Below are positions 60,821 through 64,000 of a DNA stretch of 64,000 bases, in pieces (position 1 is the stretch's first letter; each line of letters opens with the position of its first letter). The translations under genes were made by a program, and so were the position numbers. Below the pieces are notes generated by a model. It did not search any database, was not told where the DNA came from, and was given only the letters and a program-made list of their open reading frames with translations. Source of the stretch: Promethearchaeota archaeon (GTDB taxonomy: Archaea; Asgardarchaeota; Lokiarchaeia; Sigyniarchaeales; SOKP01); NCBI GenBank assembly GCA_019058295.1, contig JAHPZI010000017.1, positions 1 through 64,000 on the forward strand, in the 5' to 3' direction.

Positions 60821-63313
60821 ATGAATATAATCCTTAAAAAAGCAATTAAAGATTTTAGGAACCTCGGCTGGCGGAGTTATCTCATTATATTCACTATAAT
60901 ACTATCGCTAGGAGGAGGTTTAGGTTTACATTATGCGATACAAGCAGCAACTCCCATGTTGGATTTATATTATGATGATGCTAACCATGCTGATTACACC
61001 TATCAATTATCTGATAATACATGGATTACTCAAGCTCAACTAGACGGTTTAGAATATCTTGATAAGGTTGAAGATTATACTGGACGCCTCTTTTGGACAA
61101 CATCAATGACCTTGCCGGGTCAAGATGAGAAAAAGTATGTATTACTCATAGGTTTAGATTCGAATATTGACGAGCCAGAAGTTTATAGATACAATATTGA
61201 AAAAGGGGAAAACTTTGATAAAAATGAAAACACTACCGCAGTAATAGATAGTGTATTCGCAGAGAAAAATGGAATTGATGTTGGGAATGAAATTGAAGTA
61301 GATGGGCTTAACAATGCTGAATTAAGAATCCTCGGCATATGTAATGCCCCAGAATTTATATCATCGACATCGAATCCCGAATACCTTTTTCCGATTGAAG
61401 GAAGTATGTGTGTTATTTTTCTAGCGAAAAATACTCTTAAAAATTATATTATTGAATCTTTTATTGCTTTAAATAATACATCTCCTCAGGATTACACAGA
61501 CCTTATAAATTATTTCAAGATAGTAGATTATAATAACATCGCTGTCACTTTTAAAGACGATGTGTCAAAGGGAAATGATGAGGTAAAAGAATATCTTAAT
61601 GTTATTTGTGGGCTTAATATTGAAAAAGCTGAAAAATTTGAGGATTCATATGCATACTCATTAATGCAATCGGATGTTAAAGACACAGGCGAAATCATGA
61701 CGATTTTGCTAGTTTTCATGGCATTATTGGGGGGAATTATTGTGTATGTCATATTTAATAGATACGTAAATAGCCAAAAACAACAAATTGGAGTACTATT
61801 GGGTTTAGGATATACACGAAAAGATATTCTGAAATATTTCTTATTTAATGTTTTCGTAATTTCTGTTATATCAATTCCAATTGGAATCATAGTGGGGTTT
61901 GCGTTGGGGTATTTAATGATGAGCGTAATGCTTGCCGAAATGGCGAACCTAACCGTATTTGATTTTCCCTTCATTTTTCTACCAGAAGTGATGTACCTTG
62001 GTTTAGTGATTGGAGGGCTGCTCGTATTTTTTAGTACCTATTTTTCAATCAGGAAAATTAATAAGATGGTTGTGGCAGAATTGATTTATGAGCAGGAGGA
62101 GGTTACTAGGAAAATCAAAAAACCCAAAGAACGCAAAAAATCGCGGAATATAACTAATCGGTTAGTATTCCGCAATTTATTTAAGAATCCAAAAAGAATA
62201 ACCTTTACAGTCATCGCTATGACCTTTTCCCTACTCATTGTATCTTCAACAGAAAGTCTGCTTGATTCTATGTACTATAACATAGATAGAACATATGCTA
62301 CCCCAGAAAGTACAGTTGAACCCTCTGAAAGGTGGGATTTAAATGTCATTTTTCAAACAAGCGTAAATTTATCCATGCAATTTAATGTATTAGAGCAAAT
62401 TAAAAACATTAAGGGTGTTAATGATATTGAAGTTTACAGTAAAGGAGAAGTTTTAGCAAAAGCTAAAGGAGATAAAGAGGATCAAAATCTTAATTTGCAG
62501 GGAATTGATATTGCCCATAGTAAATTTCATAAATTTTCATGGTATGGTGATAAACAGGATAATTCCCCGCCTGAAGATGATGATGAAATCGTAATATCGT
62601 CTGTTCATGCTCATAAACTCGATAAAAAAGTTGGGGATAAATTAACCATAATAAATGCTGCTAATATGGAATTTAAATTTAAAATTGTTGGTATACATTC
62701 GGAATTAGTTGTCACTCCTTATATAACATTATCGGCAGGACAAAGAGTTCTTCATAATGGATTAAATTTAATTGATGGAATTTATATAATCATTGATGAT
62801 ACCGCAAATAGAAACGAAATTAGAAAAGAAATCTATGACCTTAATAACATCGAGGTAGTTTTTGACTCGGAAGAAATGAATAAGAAGGCATACGATTTTG
62901 TTGATAATTATGCTTCTGTCCTATACGTAATCATATTCTATACTCTCCTTGTGTCGTTTTTCATAGTATTCTATAATTCTGTTATGAATATTTATGATAA
63001 AAACTATGAGTATGGTATTTTAAGATCTTTAGGATATAAGAAAAAAAGCGTTTTTAAAATCATTCTTCTTGAGAATCTCTTACAAGGACTTCTCCCCATA
63101 CTGTTAGCGCTTTTATTTACATATCCATTAACTCTCATGATGGGAGATGTATATGCCGAAGATTTTGCTTTAGAGGTAATCGTGGGGTTACCTGCTATAT
63201 TAATGATAACTATTCCACCCTTAATTCTTTTCATTTTGGGTTCATTTATAGGAATAAGAACAGTTTATAAACAAAATTTATACGAACAAGTGCAAACTAG
63301 ATTTGTTGGCTAA
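60821..63313 (+). CDS. ABC transporter permease (double FtsX/MacB type)
   Basis: Two TM plus extracytoplasmic halves; IGVLLGLGY and YGILRSLGY motifs. Confidence 0.9.
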   Translation: MNIILKKAIKDFRNLGWRSYLIIFTIILSLGGGLGLHYAIQAATPMLDLYYDDANHADYTYQLSDNTWITQAQLDGLEYLDKVEDYTGRLFWTTSMTLPGQDEKKYVLLIGLDSNIDEPEVYRYNIEKGENFDKNENTTAVIDSVFAEKNGIDVGNEIEVDGLNNAELRILGICNAPEFISSTSNPEYLFPIEGSMCVIFLAKNTLKNYIIESFIALNNTSPQDYTDLINYFKIVDYNNIAVTFKDDVSKGNDEVKEYLNVICGLNIEKAEKFEDSYAYSLMQSDVKDTGEIMTILLVFMALLGGIIVYVIFNRYVNSQKQQIGVLLGLGYTRKDILKYFLFNVFVISVISIPIGIIVGFALGYLMMSVMLAEMANLTVFDFPFIFLPEVMYLGLVIGGLLVFFSTYFSIRKINKMVVAELIYEQEEVTRKIKKPKERKKSRNITNRLVFRNLFKNPKRITFTVIAMTFSLLIVSSTESLLDSMYYNIDRTYATPESTVEPSERWDLNVIFQTSVNLSMQFNVLEQIKNIKGVNDIEVYSKGEVLAKAKGDKEDQNLNLQGIDIAHSKFHKFSWYGDKQDNSPPEDDDEIVISSVHAHKLDKKVGDKLTIINAANMEFKFKIVGIHSELVVTPYITLSAGQRVLHNGLNLIDGIYIIIDDTANRNEIRKEIYDLNNIEVVFDSEEMNKKAYDFVDNYASVLYVIIFYTLLVSFFIVFYNSVMNIYDKNYEYGILRSLGYKKKSVFKIILLENLLQGLLPILLALLFTYPLTLMMGDVYAEDFALEVIVGLPAILMITIPPLILFILGSFIGIRTVYKQNLYEQVQTRFVG

Positions 63314-63403
63314 AATTAAAAAATTTTATTCTTAAACAATAATTTTTTGATTAATATAATCTTAAAGATACTTAACACTTCAATTGAAATTTAAAGTGAT
63401 CTT

Positions 63404-63592
63404 ATGACTCAAAAAACAAAAGAATTGATAGAGAAAGCAAAAACTATTTATGATAAAACATTGAAGACCATCCAAGGATATAAAGTTAGAGATACTGCAG
63501 TATTTGACTATGCTACTATGCGTATGATTCAAGCAATCTATTGGCAAAATAAAGCAATTATTAATTTACTTGAAGAAATTTCATTAAAATAA
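63404..63592 (+). CDS. Hypothetical protein
   Basis: 62-aa ORF with an AAGTGA SD-like site. Confidence 0.6.
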   Translation: MTQKTKELIEKAKTIYDKTLKTIQGYKVRDTAVFDYATMRMIQAIYWQNKAIINLLEEISLK

Positions 63593-63980
63593 GAATTTCA
63601 TCAAATTATTTGAGTAATTTTTAGAAAAATAAGTAATTTGTAAAATTCCTTAAAAGGTTAATTTTTTTATACCTGTTGGAATAGGTTTCAAGTTTATAAT
63701 TTATTTGAGAAATCTTTAAATATTAATTGAGAAATATAAACTTTGGAAAAAGGCTACCAAAAATTCTAAATTAACACCCTTACCTAATCGCCTTTCTTGA
63801 AATCGTTTTATTGGAATTTTTTAACCTTTTTTCATCTTTTTTATTTATTTTATATGCTTTTAAAATGTATTAATGAATATTCCTAAAATTCGAATGTAAA
63901 TAACTTTATATATCGACTTATCTGAATTTTATATATTAAATTTTGTAGGTTTTTAAAAAAAATATATAAAGTTATTAAAA

Positions 63981-64000
63981 ATGACTCAAAAAATAGATGA
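63981..64000 (+). CDS. Possible start of a CDS running off the window (MTQKID...)
   Basis: ATG at 63981 follows an AT-rich promoter-like tract; same MTQK start as the gene at 63404. Confidence 0.3.

Noticed and set aside
797-63234. Numerous 60-150-aa ORFs overlapping or antisense to larger genes (for example 37975-38298, 39690-39875, 43478-43774, 43660-43971, 61528-61974)
   Set aside because: They are shadow ORFs of well-supported genes, with no motifs or SD sites.
1-64000. tRNA, rRNA, CRISPR arrays, IS elements, SECIS elements
   Set aside because: None recognised by eye. Dedicated covariance-model searches were not possible, and short in-frame BHB introns in other genes cannot be excluded.

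Overview
AT-rich (roughly 30% GC by eye), gene-dense archaeal chromosomal segment. It is most consistent with an Asgard archaeon (Lokiarchaeia-like), judged from GGTGA/GAGGTG Shine-Dalgarno sites, oligo-T terminators, longin/roadblock and longin-GTPase proteins, and surface proteins with poly-Asp/TM/basic C-termini. Contents: a large NosD/Ig-repeat surface protein; a rSAM-SPASM/methyltransferase/DUF2064/GT2/thioredoxin/CDP-alcohol transferase cluster; gapN; TCA genes (aconitase, fumC, icd); a large oxidative/nitrosative/sulfur-stress island (FTR, Isf, ferredoxin, two SOR, non-canonical CooS, NROR, rubredoxins, FprA, two rubrerythrins, persulfide reductase, IscU/IscS, DsrE, TusA); a 2-oxoacid:ferredoxin oxidoreductase; and an ABC exporter. 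Top finding: the 4Fe-4S ferredoxin gene at 37076-37857 (-) is interrupted by a 29-nt, stop-containing, frame-breaking insert (37729-37757). The insert folds into a bulge-helix-bulge motif whose canonical cut sites restore the conserved C-A-E-G-A frame exactly, so it is a candidate endonuclease-spliced mRNA intron in an Asgard protein-coding gene. Also notable: several apparent ATT start codons, two gene insertions flanked by duplicated 3' ends, and a shared GAACATGTTC operator. No tRNA, rRNA, CRISPR or transposase was recognised.
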